Assembly (NCBI GenBank): GCA_036172245.1
Contig: JAYWIR010000056.1
Span: 62,001-126,000, forward strand
Origin: Raillietiella orientalis
Taxonomy: Eukaryota
Direction: 5' to 3'
Length of the DNA stretch: 64,000 nt
In this document: one piece after another, positions 23,878-36,635 of the stretch
Numbering within the stretch: position 1 is the first letter of the stretch
Layout of the letters: every line of letters starts with the position of its first letter
Translations under genes and position numbers: made by a program
Notes under the pieces: model-generated
The model's input: the letters and a program-made list of their open reading frames with translations, nothing else
What the model was told of the DNA's origin: nothing
Databases searched by the model: none

Positions 23878-24769
23878 TGTATCTACAGCTGTGGCGCAAT
23901 TTTTTAATTGCGCTACGGCTGTAGGTTGCAGCGTGCCTCTTGAGGAACGTGCGGTTACAGGTACCTCTTGAGGAACAAGAAATAAATGTATTCCGGAGAT
24001 AGTGTATGCTTGTGTTAGTAGCGAGCCATTTTTCGTGTGGAAAAATGAGCAGCCTTAAAATGTAATATCAGAGCTGATGTCGGGGAAGAAAGTAATAATA
24101 GAAGCAGATACAACGGACTGCCCACGAAATAAAGATGCGGTCACATTTGGTTTTATAGAATTCTGTTGGAAAGCACCGAATGAAACGATTCAGTACCTGA
24201 AATAGGTAATGCAGTCAAAGCATTTGAGTCAAACGCGACTCGGCTTGGTAATTCGTCCTATCAACATGACGACAAAAGTCGCGTAATAACAAGCGATTAC
24301 TGTTCTTTTAAAACAAAAAAAAAACCACCCATGCTGCTGGAGGGTTATTCCGTAAAAATAAAGCCCGTGTTCCGGCAAAGGAGGCTGGTGATTTAACGAT
24401 TGGGGGAAAAGTCCATGGAGACGAAATGGACTCCGAGTCCACAGGGTACGGTCGTTAAGTAAATATAAGAATCCATGTTTTAGACCTTTTGGTCGAGAAA
24501 TACTAGAAAGCAGTTGACACATAGAATCCGCTATATCCAAATATCGAATCAGAGACGCTGTCTATTTTATTATAAGACAGTAATCCTAAAGGAAGCCAAC
24601 GTGAAATTAATCAAGAATTGGAAAGTAGAGTTCATCAAGACGGTTATGAAAATACTCAACAGTAAGATACCGATGTGAAACCTAGTAACTGGTTTCTGTG
24701 GACCAGAAATCCCAGCCTCAATCTTTTCCCAGGAGCTTTTGACAAAGACCAGTAGCGACCTCACGGGGA

Positions 24770-25545
24770 GAACCAGGGTTCTACCACTGGTTTCTACCAT
24801 GTGTATTGAACCTGCCGAATAGCGGTGCACAGACCGGCGGGGTCTGCTTCGTGGGGGTAGGAGAAAAAAAAAAGAGAGATAAAAAATAAACACACAAAAC
24901 AGGGGAGGCTAAATTATACTCGGGAAGGGGGGGGGACCGAGGAAGGGATGACGGTACGCTACCAGGCGTGCTCTGCATCCTGTTCAGGATGCTGGCAAGT
25001 TCTGTCCGGATAGTGCCGAAATGGAGCCATCTCGAGGCGGTCCGCAGGAAGATCCGCGTCCACTGGGTGGCGTCCTTGCCATTCTGGCCCCTTATTCCTG
25101 CGTTCCAGGCTGCGGCGATCCCGCGGACACAGCAGAGCACTGCGAGGGACGCGGCTGGCGGCAGAGCGGCACGCGGAAGAGGCGTTTGAAAATGTCCCTG
25201 GAACCGCCCACCAGGGATCCCAGGTTCGCCACGAGGCCATCCCAAAGAATCGAAGGGCAGCACTGTACAACAGCAGGTGCAGAAGGGTCTCCTTCTTCCC
25301 GCACCCGCCACACTCTGAGCGTTACGCTCCCCCATGGCCAATGGTGAAGGCGCGCTTTGCACGGGATTCCCTCATGCAACTCCAGCAACGCCAACTTTTG
25401 CCATTTGTTCCAGGACGCTGGGGTCCACTTTAACTCCTCCAGAAGAGTGTCGCGCAGCTCCTCTCAGCGTAGAAGTCCTTCGAGAATGGTGCTCGGGGTC
25501 GCAGCGTCCGTCACCTTCAGTGTTGTCCATGCCCCCCAGAATGAC
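24770..25545 (-). mobile_element. Tx1/L1-family 3' fragment (second subfamily)
   Basis: Matches 41500-42100 (CCVRGIAAAWNAG..QWT..LASIL), followed by a T-rich UTR. Confidence 0.75.
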
Positions 25546-25595
25546 CTAGAATGATGGGAATCCTTTTAAGTTCTTTTTTGCTGCTTTCCTTCTAG

Positions 25596-26356
25596 TTTTT
25601 TTTGGTTAAGGGGTGCTGAAGAACCGTTCGCCTCCTAAGAGGAGGGTCACAAGCCCTTATCGCTGTCCACGCCACTCGAGGGTGCATGGTATTCTTCAAG
25701 CTAGGGGATAACCCCGTAGAGACTACCCTATAAATTCAGGAAAGCTCCAGAGGGAGGAATCCGTTCCTCCCTTACTTCTGGGAAGGAACTCCGAAAGGAA
25801 CCTCTCTCCCTCGTTCTCTCTGAAGGAGTCTCCCAGAGGTGGCCACTCCTTATTTGTTGTTCAGGGGTAACCTGCAAGGGAGACGGCTCCTTGTTTACTC
25901 ATCTGAAGAGAACCCCAGAAGGACGCTTCCGAATTTCTCTGAAAGGCCCTCCTCGAATGGAGCGGAGTGCTTCTTAACACTCTGAAGAGGCAACCCCCGG
26001 AAAGGGATATCAGCCAGCTCCACGGTTGTCCGGATACGCGGAGTCGTCTCCACCCTCCCGGTGAGGGAGACGGTTCCATTTTCGCAACTGGATGGGGGGG
26101 AATCCCTCTAAGGAAACCGGCTTCTAGATTTATGGAAGGACTCGGAGGGTCCACTTCCAATCCCGTCCAGTCGACGAGGGCATCCGGGAGTTTCCGGCTT
26201 TTACCAGTGCTCCACACGAATAGGCCATCCTCTTGTAAGGCGGACTTGAAAACTACGACGAACCCCCGTTCTCGGCGACGGTCCTTCCTCGGTCGGGATT
26301 CAAATCCGCAACTCTTGCTACCACGCGCAGAGACCGCAACCATACTAATGCCAACG
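25596..26356 (-). mobile_element. Family X SINE-like repeat, diverged near-full-length copy
   Basis: Degenerate head (TATGGTTGCGG..GCGCGTGGTAGC..GGATTTGAATCC), collinear body, terminal stem-loop, then AACC and A8. Confidence 0.7.
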
Positions 26357-27409
26357 TGGACTCCGAGGACCACTTCCCAGGAGCTAGAGCTGCTGTTTTA
26401 GAAGGTAGGAGTACTGTAAGTCAGGAAGAGCACATCATTTTACATGTAATTCATGACGTGGAACCAAGCGACTATGTAGACGAGTCAAGGGAGGAGAATT
26501 TCTCTACAGTAGGAGTAAATAAATGTCAGTCAAATAGCATTCTCGTAGAAGATCAAGATCTAGATAAATCAAAACAATGAAGTGAGAGGAGCAGGAAGAT
26601 TGGCGAGTGTTCTGAATATGCCGAATGGTGAGTGACTGCTAAAGGATGTGGCTGCATCCGATCTGTTGGAATTGATTGTTAATGTAAAGAGCAGCAATTC
26701 ATCGGCAGGGATATTTTTGATGATTGTGAAGATTGTATCGTTGGAGCGGATACTTCAATCCGCCGAACAACTTGGCGTTCCGTTTTGACAGCGGTGGAGA
26801 TGAAAACGTGCAAGAGGTGGCAGCTAAATACAGTTAGCACAAATGGGAATCCGACTCTTCGACGGTTGGTTGTTCATCCGATAGGCCTCTCTGTCGCATG
26901 GACTATGCGTCACCTGAACAACAGCACGAATGAAGAATAGGCAGGCTCTTACCAGAGCTTTTAACAGTTTCGGATGACAGCTGTCTCCGTGATCGTGCTT
27001 GGGCCTATTCTGTTGGCAGCTGCGATAGCCTCAAGGGTATATGTACCAAGATGAATTCGAAGGAATAGTGGAGAAGGGGTTGGAGAAGTGATGGAAAGGG
27101 GTCAGTATGGGAAGAATTCATGTGCGGAAATATTTTCAGATATTTTCAGTGTCTGATAAAGTAATGGTAATAATGAATAGTAAATAGGGCTATATTCACC
27201 TAACAGCTAAAGAATCATTACGATCTTGTAGCAGAACGCATTGCTGCTGCCACTCACTATCGCTTCAGTTGGTGCTCTCATATTTGTCTCAGTCGATCTG
27301 GAATAATCGAAAATCGATAAATAGCACAGCCTGCAACTGATCGGAATCTCTTAATCACATAAGTCATCGTTAGGTCAGTTCCAATTAGTAAGGCCCAGCT
27401 CCGTAAGGT

Positions 27410-28440
27410 CACAGCTCCCCTCTCTGATGCACCCCCTGGACCCGGAACTCTTGGTTCCGGAGGGTTTTTTTCTCCCAGTTACGCCTGGGTGTTGTCTGTT
27501 CAAATGACAAACGTGCGCTTTCCAGGCAGTACGACGCTGGGCCATACCACGTTCGAAAGTTCAGTGCAACATGCCAGGTCAGGAATAGGGAAAAGGAAAT
27601 AAAATAAAGTAAATAAATAAATAAATGTAAATATTGCTTTCCTTGAGGTAAGGAGGGGATTGGGAGAAAGGATCTCATTGTGCCCCTCGACGTGCTCTGT
27701 AGGATCCTGGCAAGTTCGTTTTGGTGGCTTCCCAGGCGGGGTCATCTCGCGGCGATTCCCATAAGCAGTTTCGCTCAGTGGATGGCATCCCTGCGTCTTG
27801 AAGGCCTTTGGAGGCTTTCCGAGCAGCCTCCGTCCCACGCAGGCAGCACATCGCTACTAAAGACGGGGCCGTGGGTGCGGTTTCACACACACGAGTAGGC
27901 GTTTCAATGTGTCTCTGGGGCTACCCAACGACATTTTGAGGGTTCCGGAAGGAGCTCCTGGAACGCATGGGTCTCCCGTCCGTCATCCTGGCATCTCTTC
28001 GCTTCAGCCGGCGCTTTTCGCTCCTCATCTCTTCGTCCAGACGCCAACATGTGCGCGAAGTGCTGACCAATGGGGTGACAACCTGCACTCCCTACTCTTC
28101 AGCGCCCACTTGGAATTCTCGCTGTGGGTGCACAGGGCAACTCTCGCTACCTTTTGCCGAGCTCGACGCCTCAGCGCACCTGCCAACGACTTCGGCCTGC
28201 GCTGACGAATTTTGAGGGCAACTTCCGGAGCAATCTCGGCAATATCCTGGATGCAGGGTACGCCTGGTGGCAAACTGTGATTTATCCCCCCCCCCCCCTA
28301 CACACCCAGAGGAAAACTTTCCCGTCCCTTTTTTTTGTTTCTTTCTTTTTGTTTCTGGTTTCCCCTTCCCTTCGCTGCGGAAGTGAACCTCGTCGGTCTG
28401 CGCACAACCATATGGCGGGCTCGATGTGTTTTCTTCTTCG
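27410..28440. mobile_element. Two old Tx1/L1-family 3' fragments in opposite orientation (minus ~27410-27950, plus ~27950-28440)
   Basis: Similarity to the ORF2 end (NLxxIL) and the T-rich UTR of the other copies, on opposite strands. Confidence 0.5.
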
Positions 28441-30828
28441 TACGTGGTAGACCTGCGTTTTCCACTGCAAAAATGCAAGCTCATTGCTTCCTAGAACGAA
28501 TGTCCCGGTAGAGCGTGGTGAAACACCACAGCGGTTGCGAGCTCCTTGCGATCGTCAGCTAACGCGCCTGCGTGATCGGATGGCAGCAGCAGCAGCCCCG
28601 AAAACTACAAAAACAGAAAACTTCCTTTATTTGGCAACTCAGAAGGCCCTCTCCAAATCGTCCCCAGCAATCCGGGAGGCCCACAGAAAATTTTCTTCAT
28701 TCACGAACGCCTCCCCCCAAGAGTTCACGGTAGTCCGGATGGCCGGGTCGTCCTCTACGTGCGCACTTGCCGCCACGCGGCGGATTCCTTAAAGGGAAAA
28801 AGCGTCCTGCAGCGCGCTGCACGCAGCACTTACCCAAAGCACCACCGTCGATGACTGGGCGCTGGGCAGCGCGTCCCAGGCAGCCGGACGCGGTGGCGCG
28901 GAGAGCTCTGCCCTCCTACAGCGCGCCCCACGTCTTCATCGCCTCCACCTGCGTACACTCCCTTCTGACGTCCTCGTCAGCGGGGACTGGTGCCTCCATG
29001 CCACCCCATGCGCGCTTGGCAACCGCACGGACCTACGCGAAAAAAGAAAGCAACAAGAAGGAACCGAGGATGTCGCGCATGCGCATACTCACCTGATCCC
29101 TGCAACGCCAAGTCACCACCGCCGCCGCGGCCAGCGTGCAGCAAACCAGACCCTTTGCAGACAGCATTTCCCCTCTTTTTCTGCTTCTATAATATTCAGA
29201 CGTCCAAAAAGAGAGAAAAGAAAAAATTCCCTTCTTAAGCGACGCATGATGCGGTATGTGCTGTAGGGATTCCCAGGAAACCTACGTCACGGCGTGCACC
29301 CCTGGGACCTGTGCCGCGCGGCGGACGCGTGCAGAGCACCGCACGCGTAGCACGCGTGCGCCTTCCACGAAGACCGAGCGGAAGCTGCCCGCGAGCAGGG
29401 GCGACAGGCGGATGCGCCAACATCCCCTTCCATTCGAGAATGCATCCGCGAAGAGGTTTGTTCGGGGGGAGGTTGCCTCGGGCAGCGGGCGAGCATCGCG
29501 GATGCCAGTATCGCGGTGCAGGCGGCCCCCCTCCCTTTCTTTCTTTCCTCGGTCGACTAAGAGGACCGCCGTCGTCGCGCAGGAGTTCTCTTCCCGTCGC
29601 TCCTGCTGGTCCCGCAAAGCGACCTGCCGGCGCCTTGCTGCCTTCTCAGTTTCCTCCTCTCCGCGTCTCGGGAAATGTTTCCCAGATTCCCAGCACTCCC
29701 GCAAGGAGCTGGCCTACTCGTGCGGACGTGAGGTCGCGTCGCGGGCGGCCCACCCCGTGCCCGGTGCGGGCAACGGCGAGGCGGCTCGGAAGAGGTGCGG
29801 AACCTTCTTTCTAGCGCGTGCGTGTTGCGGCTGCTACGGCGCCCTCTTCCGGCGTTGCCAAGGGGGCTAGGGTGGTGCACAAGATGGATGATGGCTGGTC
29901 AGAAGAAGGGCCGGGCAGGCGGGCGCCACGTCCAAACGGCGAGGTCGTGCGGCCGTGCTGCAGGTCGGGTCGTCGGCAGAGACCACGGGAGCGCCTCCGA
30001 CTAGCGGAAGTTGGGCGGCGAGCGCCCGTCGATGCCGAGCGAGCGGGCCTGCCCGTGGCTTCGAGGACGCGGACGTGCTGCGTGTCGTGGACTTCTCGCT
30101 GCCCCTTCCTGTGGGTTCGATGCAGGTGGGTGCCGCCACACGACAGCGGCGCTCGTCCGGAAAGTGGGACGAGGCGCAGCCGCCACAGGGAAGACGACGT
30201 CCAGCAATACGGTGCATGCATTTTCCAGAGCTACCCATGGATGCAGTGGTTCTTCAGGCTGAGGAGGTCTCTGGCATCCGGAGGACCACATTCTCGAGCG
30301 TCCCTTGGGCCCTCTCGTTGTTTTCCATGAAGCAGCAGAAGAACGGGAAAGTCCTAACGTCGTAATCTGATTGATTTAACATTTTCAACTGCACTTGCCA
30401 TTTCGTTCCGCGGATTGCAGCATGGACGTCGTCTCAAGCCATCCTGCTTCCCGTCGGCCATTTGGGGCTGGAAAATCTATTTTTAGCAGTGTACGGGACC
30501 AGCTCAGCTCCATCTATTCGAATGTCAACCGGCGGGACGGTCCCGTGAAATAAAATTCCGGAAAAGCCATTGCTGCGGACACGCCTCCGTGTGCAGCGAA
30601 ACGTCCTCTGCCGGCTCTCTGGGATCCCATGGAAACGGAGCATCCAGAAGCCTGCCGCTGCTGCGTGGGATGGAAGTTGCACCGCGCTGACTGCGATAAA
30701 TCATTTCCTGTAGAAAAAAAAGAGAGAGCGCGCGCCGTGCGCGCGTGAGGCCGAGCTCGTACGACGTGTGCGCCCCGATTTCCCCCGCCGAGTTCCGGGA
30801 AATCGCAACGCGGCAGCAAAAAGCACAT

Positions 30829-30941
30829 TGTCAGGAATGGGATTCGAACCCATGCCCTCATACGAGGACCAGAATTCACAGCCCGCATCGCGGGAAGCTT
30901 TCGCTTGAGTCTGGCGCCTTGGACCGCTCGGCCATCCTGAC
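30829..30941 (-). tRNA. trnL-CAA: tRNA-Leu(CAA) with a 29-nt intron (30875-30903)
   Basis: GTCAGGATGGCCGAGCGGTCCAAGGCGCCAGACTCAAG[intron]TTCTGGTCCTCGTATGAGGGCATGGGTTCGAATCCCATTCCTGACA. Intact stems, long variable arm, intron after position 37, T5 terminator at 30818-30822. Confidence 0.97.
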
Positions 30942-33201
30942 TTGCACGGAAAGTTGCTATCGTCGCTACTCATACTTTCCACGCTTTCGCGTCGGGACGG
31001 CGGTTGCCATGGCTCCGGAACGCGAGAAATTTGCAGAAATTCACTAACGGGTGGGGAATTTCTCCCAAGCGTAATGAACGTGCAGGAATTCGCTGCGGAC
31101 ACCACGACGATTTGTACGGTAAATGTTCCAGAATCGTTTACAACGTCATTCGTACACCGAACATACCATGTTCGAAAAGTGCATTTATACTAGGAATAAA
31201 ACGGTGATTGAAGCGTAAATAACCATTTTTGTAGATTGTATTATGGAAAACATCAAAATTGGTGCTGCCATCGGTTTTGTGCCCTTCTAATGACTTTTCT
31301 GGATGTATATCACACAAGGTTAGGTCCTATTCTTGCACTGATGACTGCAATGTAATTTACGTCATTTAATGACTTGCAAAAACAAAGAGTAACGAAAAAG
31401 TGGAGATAGATAGGCCGAGATGTGTGCAATTGGCTACAGTACTTGTAACTTAAAAATATCTCCGTGGTATATTTCAGCCCACATTATATGAATAGTCCAA
31501 AATAGATATGCTTGAAACTTTATGTTAGTGAATTTTTTTTCAGTTACTTAAATTTGCATCTTCAGCATAGCTACAAGATTCGGCGCGATTTTCAGCAGCT
31601 GGCGTTGTGAAACAATCAAGAATTTTTTGAAGATCTTTCGCTGATGAACATCTATGCATGATTATTCTTTTCTATGTTGCAAACTTTGTAAAATCAACAT
31701 CTGCAACCGTACATCTTAGTGATTATGGGCCCAAATAAAGTCTACAGTTGCTACTTAAGGTATAAGCCAGTCAACCATTTTTGGTAAATGCTGTTTCTGC
31801 TTGTACCAAAGCAGCAAGGACAGTATATGCACCATGTTGTCCGTAGGTTACTATTGTGCAATATTAGAATGTTATTGGCTTGTTTGCAGCAATCTTGTAA
31901 TATGAAATATATAAAATTAGTTAATAACTGCCATGTTTTCTTTATAGCTCTTTATCACAGAAACAGCTCAAAACAAATAATGGTATCTCACTTGAAATCC
32001 AGCATGCTTCACATCAGGCATCTTCCAAATACTTTGTACTTTAATAGATAAGATTAACAGCAGTAAGCATAGATTGTAATTGTTTACTTTTTAGTCCACC
32101 TTTGAGTGTGAATTAGTTCTGGGAATGATGAATTTAATAGAATTTGTCTCACAATTTTACAGTGGCTCCTGGTCTTATACCTAGTATGTGGTGAAGACCA
32201 TTTTATTTGCAAAAATAAAATGAATTCATCATTAAAAATGCTATCATTGTAGAAGAATGGGTGCATTATAGATGAATTATTATATGAGAAAGAATTCTTC
32301 AGTCCTTGCATCAATGTTTCCTTTTCCTTTGGTCTTTATCATTCTCCATTTTTACTTTAGTTTGTTTTGTTTTTGCTAAATGGTTGAGCCAGAGTTTGCA
32401 CTTAAAACCAGTTAAAATCAAATAACTCTGGAATTGAGATTTGTCATTCATTTGGAAACATGGCCAAATATGTGGTAGCTAAATTTTTGTACATCAACTT
32501 ATTTGTTGTACTCATGTCCAATATAGTCATAATGCATAATGCTTAATCAAATGATTAACTGATTACAATACTGATAGCATTAACTGAAAATCTCATTTTT
32601 AAGTTCATCTTATATGCTTGAATTCTAGAATTTATGTGTCCCAATAATCATAAAGTATCATATAGTAGGTGCTATGATTGTTCTGAATGTGAATAAGAAA
32701 GTTTGTGAAATTTACAATTATTTAAAAAAATTCTTAATTAAGTCATAACTCAACTGTTTTAATTTATAATTTTTGGAATCACTTTGAGAGAAGTTCTATA
32801 AAACTAAGTCTCCCCAATATAAGTACAGTATTAGTTTCTACATAAAGAATTTAAATGAAAATACAATTTTTAGCTACACAAAATAGCTGAAGCTATCATT
32901 TAATATGAAATCATCATACAGAAAACTACTGACATCAAACAATACATTTTTGAAGTTACAATGTTCTCAACAGGAGCCAACAGGCTAATGTAATTGCCTG
33001 AATTTCCTTATAAAGGAGAAATTATGATCACACAGAATAGTAATTCTGATGTCTTCTACATAACTTCCTGAACATAAACAAGACATAAGAACAAATGAAA
33101 TTTCTCCTTTTATATAATATAATTCTTGATTTATCTTTGAATAGAGAAACTGGCTTCAGTATTAAATTCCCAGCTTCTTTGTTTGGAAATTCCCAGCATC
33201 T

Positions 33202-33563
33202 TCACTTTTTAAGTGATCTCCGGATTAAAGCCATACGTTGGCGATGTGCTTCTGTTGCCTGAGTTTTTCGGTAAGGACGCAATTCTTCAGTTCCAAAACC
33301 AGGAATCCATAAGTTCCAATTTTTTTCTATGAGCAAAACTCATAATTAAGTTGTGATTCAGTATAATTACCTAAGTAAAGCTGCACATCTTTTACTTCAA
33401 GAGAAGAAGACCCTCGATGTTTTGCCAAGAGGCATGCAGCAGAAACAACATTGTCAATAAAATCATCTGCTATTTGTAACAGAGCTTCTTCCACATCTTC
33501 ATCTAGTTGTTCATTGGGATCAACTTCTTTCACAAGATCTTGCAATCTAGATCTGTTCAGTGG
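33202..33563 (-). CDS. TAF12: TFIID subunit 12, last two coding exons (33371-33563 and 33202-33326); upstream coding exon not located
   Basis: LQDLVKEVDPNEQLDEDVEEALLQIADDFIDNVVSAACLLAKHR..LEVKDVQLYL|EKNWNLWIPGFGTEELRPYRKTQATEAHRQRMALIRRSLKK*. GT-AG 44-nt phase-1 intron. Confidence 0.95.
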
Positions 33564-36500
33564 CTACAAAGATGAAAGCACTTTAAATGCAAACATGAAC
33601 AAGCAAAAAGCACATTCTTGTACTATTGAATATTTGTTAATACCATTCAGTTACTAAAAAGAAACTTGCAATGAGATAAGTGATCATCATGATGCATATA
33701 CAGTTTATGCAGTCAAGGACATGTGCACACATAAAGTTTTACCTAACAATAGCACTTCCGAAGTTTAATTTTTCAGTAACTGATAGTAACTGGACTGCTT
33801 GGATTGTAATAGGTGTTAAAAATTAAATTATACATGCAGAACTGATTCAACGAGAATATTTTAAAAAATACACACGAGAAATGGGAAGGATACAAATGCA
33901 GCAAAATGATTCTGTATTCTTATTGAATACAGAATCAATAAAAACAACATGAAAATTAAGTCATCAACCAAGACAGGTATCTACAGCAAGTGCAGATTAT
34001 TTGCAAGGTGGAAATTCCAAAATATTCAGTTAAACCATTTTCATTTTCCACAATTTATGCAATCAGTTCAATCATGAGTATAACTAAAGACGAATCTTCT
34101 CTATTAAATAATGAGCAACAAACGTTATTCTTCATTAATTCTAATCACCATCAGCAAGTAAGAACACATTCTGGTGATTACCTTTGCACTGATTTATCAA
34201 GATAACATCCTGGAAAATACCTTAGCAGTAGAAGATACTGAGCAGAACTGAACTATTCAGAATTTCACATCATAAGCAACATTTGTAACATGAAATACCC
34301 CAGTCTAGAAAATTGAGTTTCCTATCAATAGTGATATCCAAATTTTCTGATCCAATTTAATTTAATTATTTAAAAAGAAAGTTAAGTAAAAGAAACAACG
34401 TAAAATCTCTTCCTCCACAAAGATTCAACACTGCAACAAAACATTTAAAAGAATAACTTTAAAAAATGGTATCACTAAGATGATATCATGGATCAAACAA
34501 TTTAGCAGTTATATTTTGTTCACAAAATCGATAAATCAACAAGTACCTAATGTAATTGGAGCATTTTAAATTTGTTTACTCTGTAACCTGAAAGAACACA
34601 CTTGCACATTTATTTACAGTGATGAGGGCAATTTATGAAAAAAGCACAACTTGCAAATTATGTAAAAGTAAAAAACAAATTGGAACCCAAAAACGATGAA
34701 CTTTTACTAAGTGACAATTTACAATTGTGTTTCAGTGCCAAATGGCATTTGTTCACAGTGGTTTTCTGAAGATTATCACTCAAAAAGATATTTATCTGAA
34801 TGTTCCAATATAACCAGGCTAAGGAACGAAACTGATGCCTATGTAAAGCATCCATAAAGGAACTAAAATTGAAAAGTCAAACTAAATGAAGAATTCAATA
34901 TGCAATTAAATAATATTTAACTATTTCATAATTACTAAGTAATCAAGAAATCAGAAAGGAAAATGAAAGACTTAACTACAATTAGTGGACAGATTTGGGG
35001 TGAAGTAAAAGATAGTGATTTAGAATGTATTTAATCGGATTAGCTACATAACCAGTTATAAATCTGCATTACACCTAAAGGAGACAAAACTGCAGCAATA
35101 TTAAACTACTCCATCACAAAAGCAGTATACAGTATTTGTAACACAACAAAGTAAAATACATCATCAGCATAGCTTATATGGGTTCCATACACATCATCAC
35201 TAATGATGAATGAATTATTTGCAAAAAATTGAAAACATCCTCTTCACAAGCTTACAAAAAATGCACATTGCCAGAAAGTTTCCACAGCAACAATTTTTAT
35301 ACTCATAAAGAAAAACTAAGAGATTACTTAAATTAAATAAATGTAATTTACGGCAAGCCACCCCTACCACCAGAGATGAGATCCTTAAAAATAATTAACT
35401 TTAATTAAGTCTTAAATTATCAGCTGTGTGAGGCTCCTACAAACCCTAATATGTATTATCAGCTTACATGCACCATAATTTCAGAAATATACCCAAAACA
35501 GTTCCCTGTAAATAGTACATTTTGTAATATTATGCAAAATAAACCACTTCAATCACTTAAAAATGAAGAGCAGTAAGTATAATTTAAGTCTTTGATTATG
35601 CACCTGTCAAACAGATCTTGTCGAAGACCCCCACTATTGCTTGTTAATAAATTACATTCGATATTTTCCAAACTAGGCAGAATGACAATGACCAAATCAG
35701 TTTACCGGATAAGAACTCTTTAATAAATACATTTACAATCAACAACACATCTAAGACATAACACAATACATATGAAAACTCTTCTGAAATCAATTTTTAA
35801 ATATCTAATATTCCAAACCTCTTAGTAATATTAATAAAACAGAAAACGGCAAAACTGTATGAAAATTAAATTATATTCTATTATAAATTATTTGTATACA
35901 AACGCTAAAAACATCAGAGTTACTTCAGAGACCCATGTACACGGCACTTCGAAAATTACATGGATTTTTTGAATATGGCATAAATGTATTCTGAAAACGT
36001 TTGCACAATGAAAATAATTTCCTCCAGGAGTATGCATGTTTCTACACATCCATTATTAATTCCTAATGGCAACAAAACAAATAATGAGTGAAGTTATGAA
36101 CTGTGTTGTCCAAAATTAATGGCACCTTCATCAGGAAAAATTCAGTCACAAATATCATGCTTAATAGGTTTCTTCACTTGTGGAAATTTTCATCTTTTGT
36201 TTTGCACCAGGGCGAAAAATACCAAACCTGCTTTTTTAAAAACATGCAATAGCTACATCGGAACTCAAAATACCATTAATTTCATACCAATGATGGGGCT
36301 GGCTGGACGTGCACATAAACCTTTTGGGGAGCGTCCGCAAAAAATTTGAGCATTTTTTTTTTTAAAAAGTGCAAATTTACAACAAAGTGTCATTACCAAT
36401 AAGTAAACATTATTGTTAATATTACAAATACCATAAATAGATCGCATCGTGGCACAAAATTAAACAGTTTATGGTTTTAACCTCGGATAATAGCAACTTG

Positions 36501-36619
36501 AAAAAGAGCTAATTGCTACTGTGCATCCAACGCAACAGATGGTATAAGATATCGACGACTACGATTCGTTACCCAATGTGATTGGGAAGGAGGAAAAAAA
36601 AAGAGACAGCATTACATAC

Positions 36620-36635
36620 CGCACGATGCAAAGAG
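36620..36635 (-). promoter_or_regulatory. Candidate TCT/5'-TOP-type start and short first exon
   Basis: CTCTTTGCATCGTGCG followed by donor GTATGT, at the AT-rich to CpG-rich boundary upstream of TAF12. Confidence 0.35.

Noticed and set aside
29860..30260. SH3-like fragments (HKMDDGW, DVLRVVD) and a YPWM peptide
   Set aside because: Short matches in different frames of GC-rich DNA, with no complete domain or homeobox.
35160..35205. C/D box pair (GTGATGA..CTGA) on minus
   Set aside because: Boxes are only ~26 nt apart and there is no recognisable rRNA guide.
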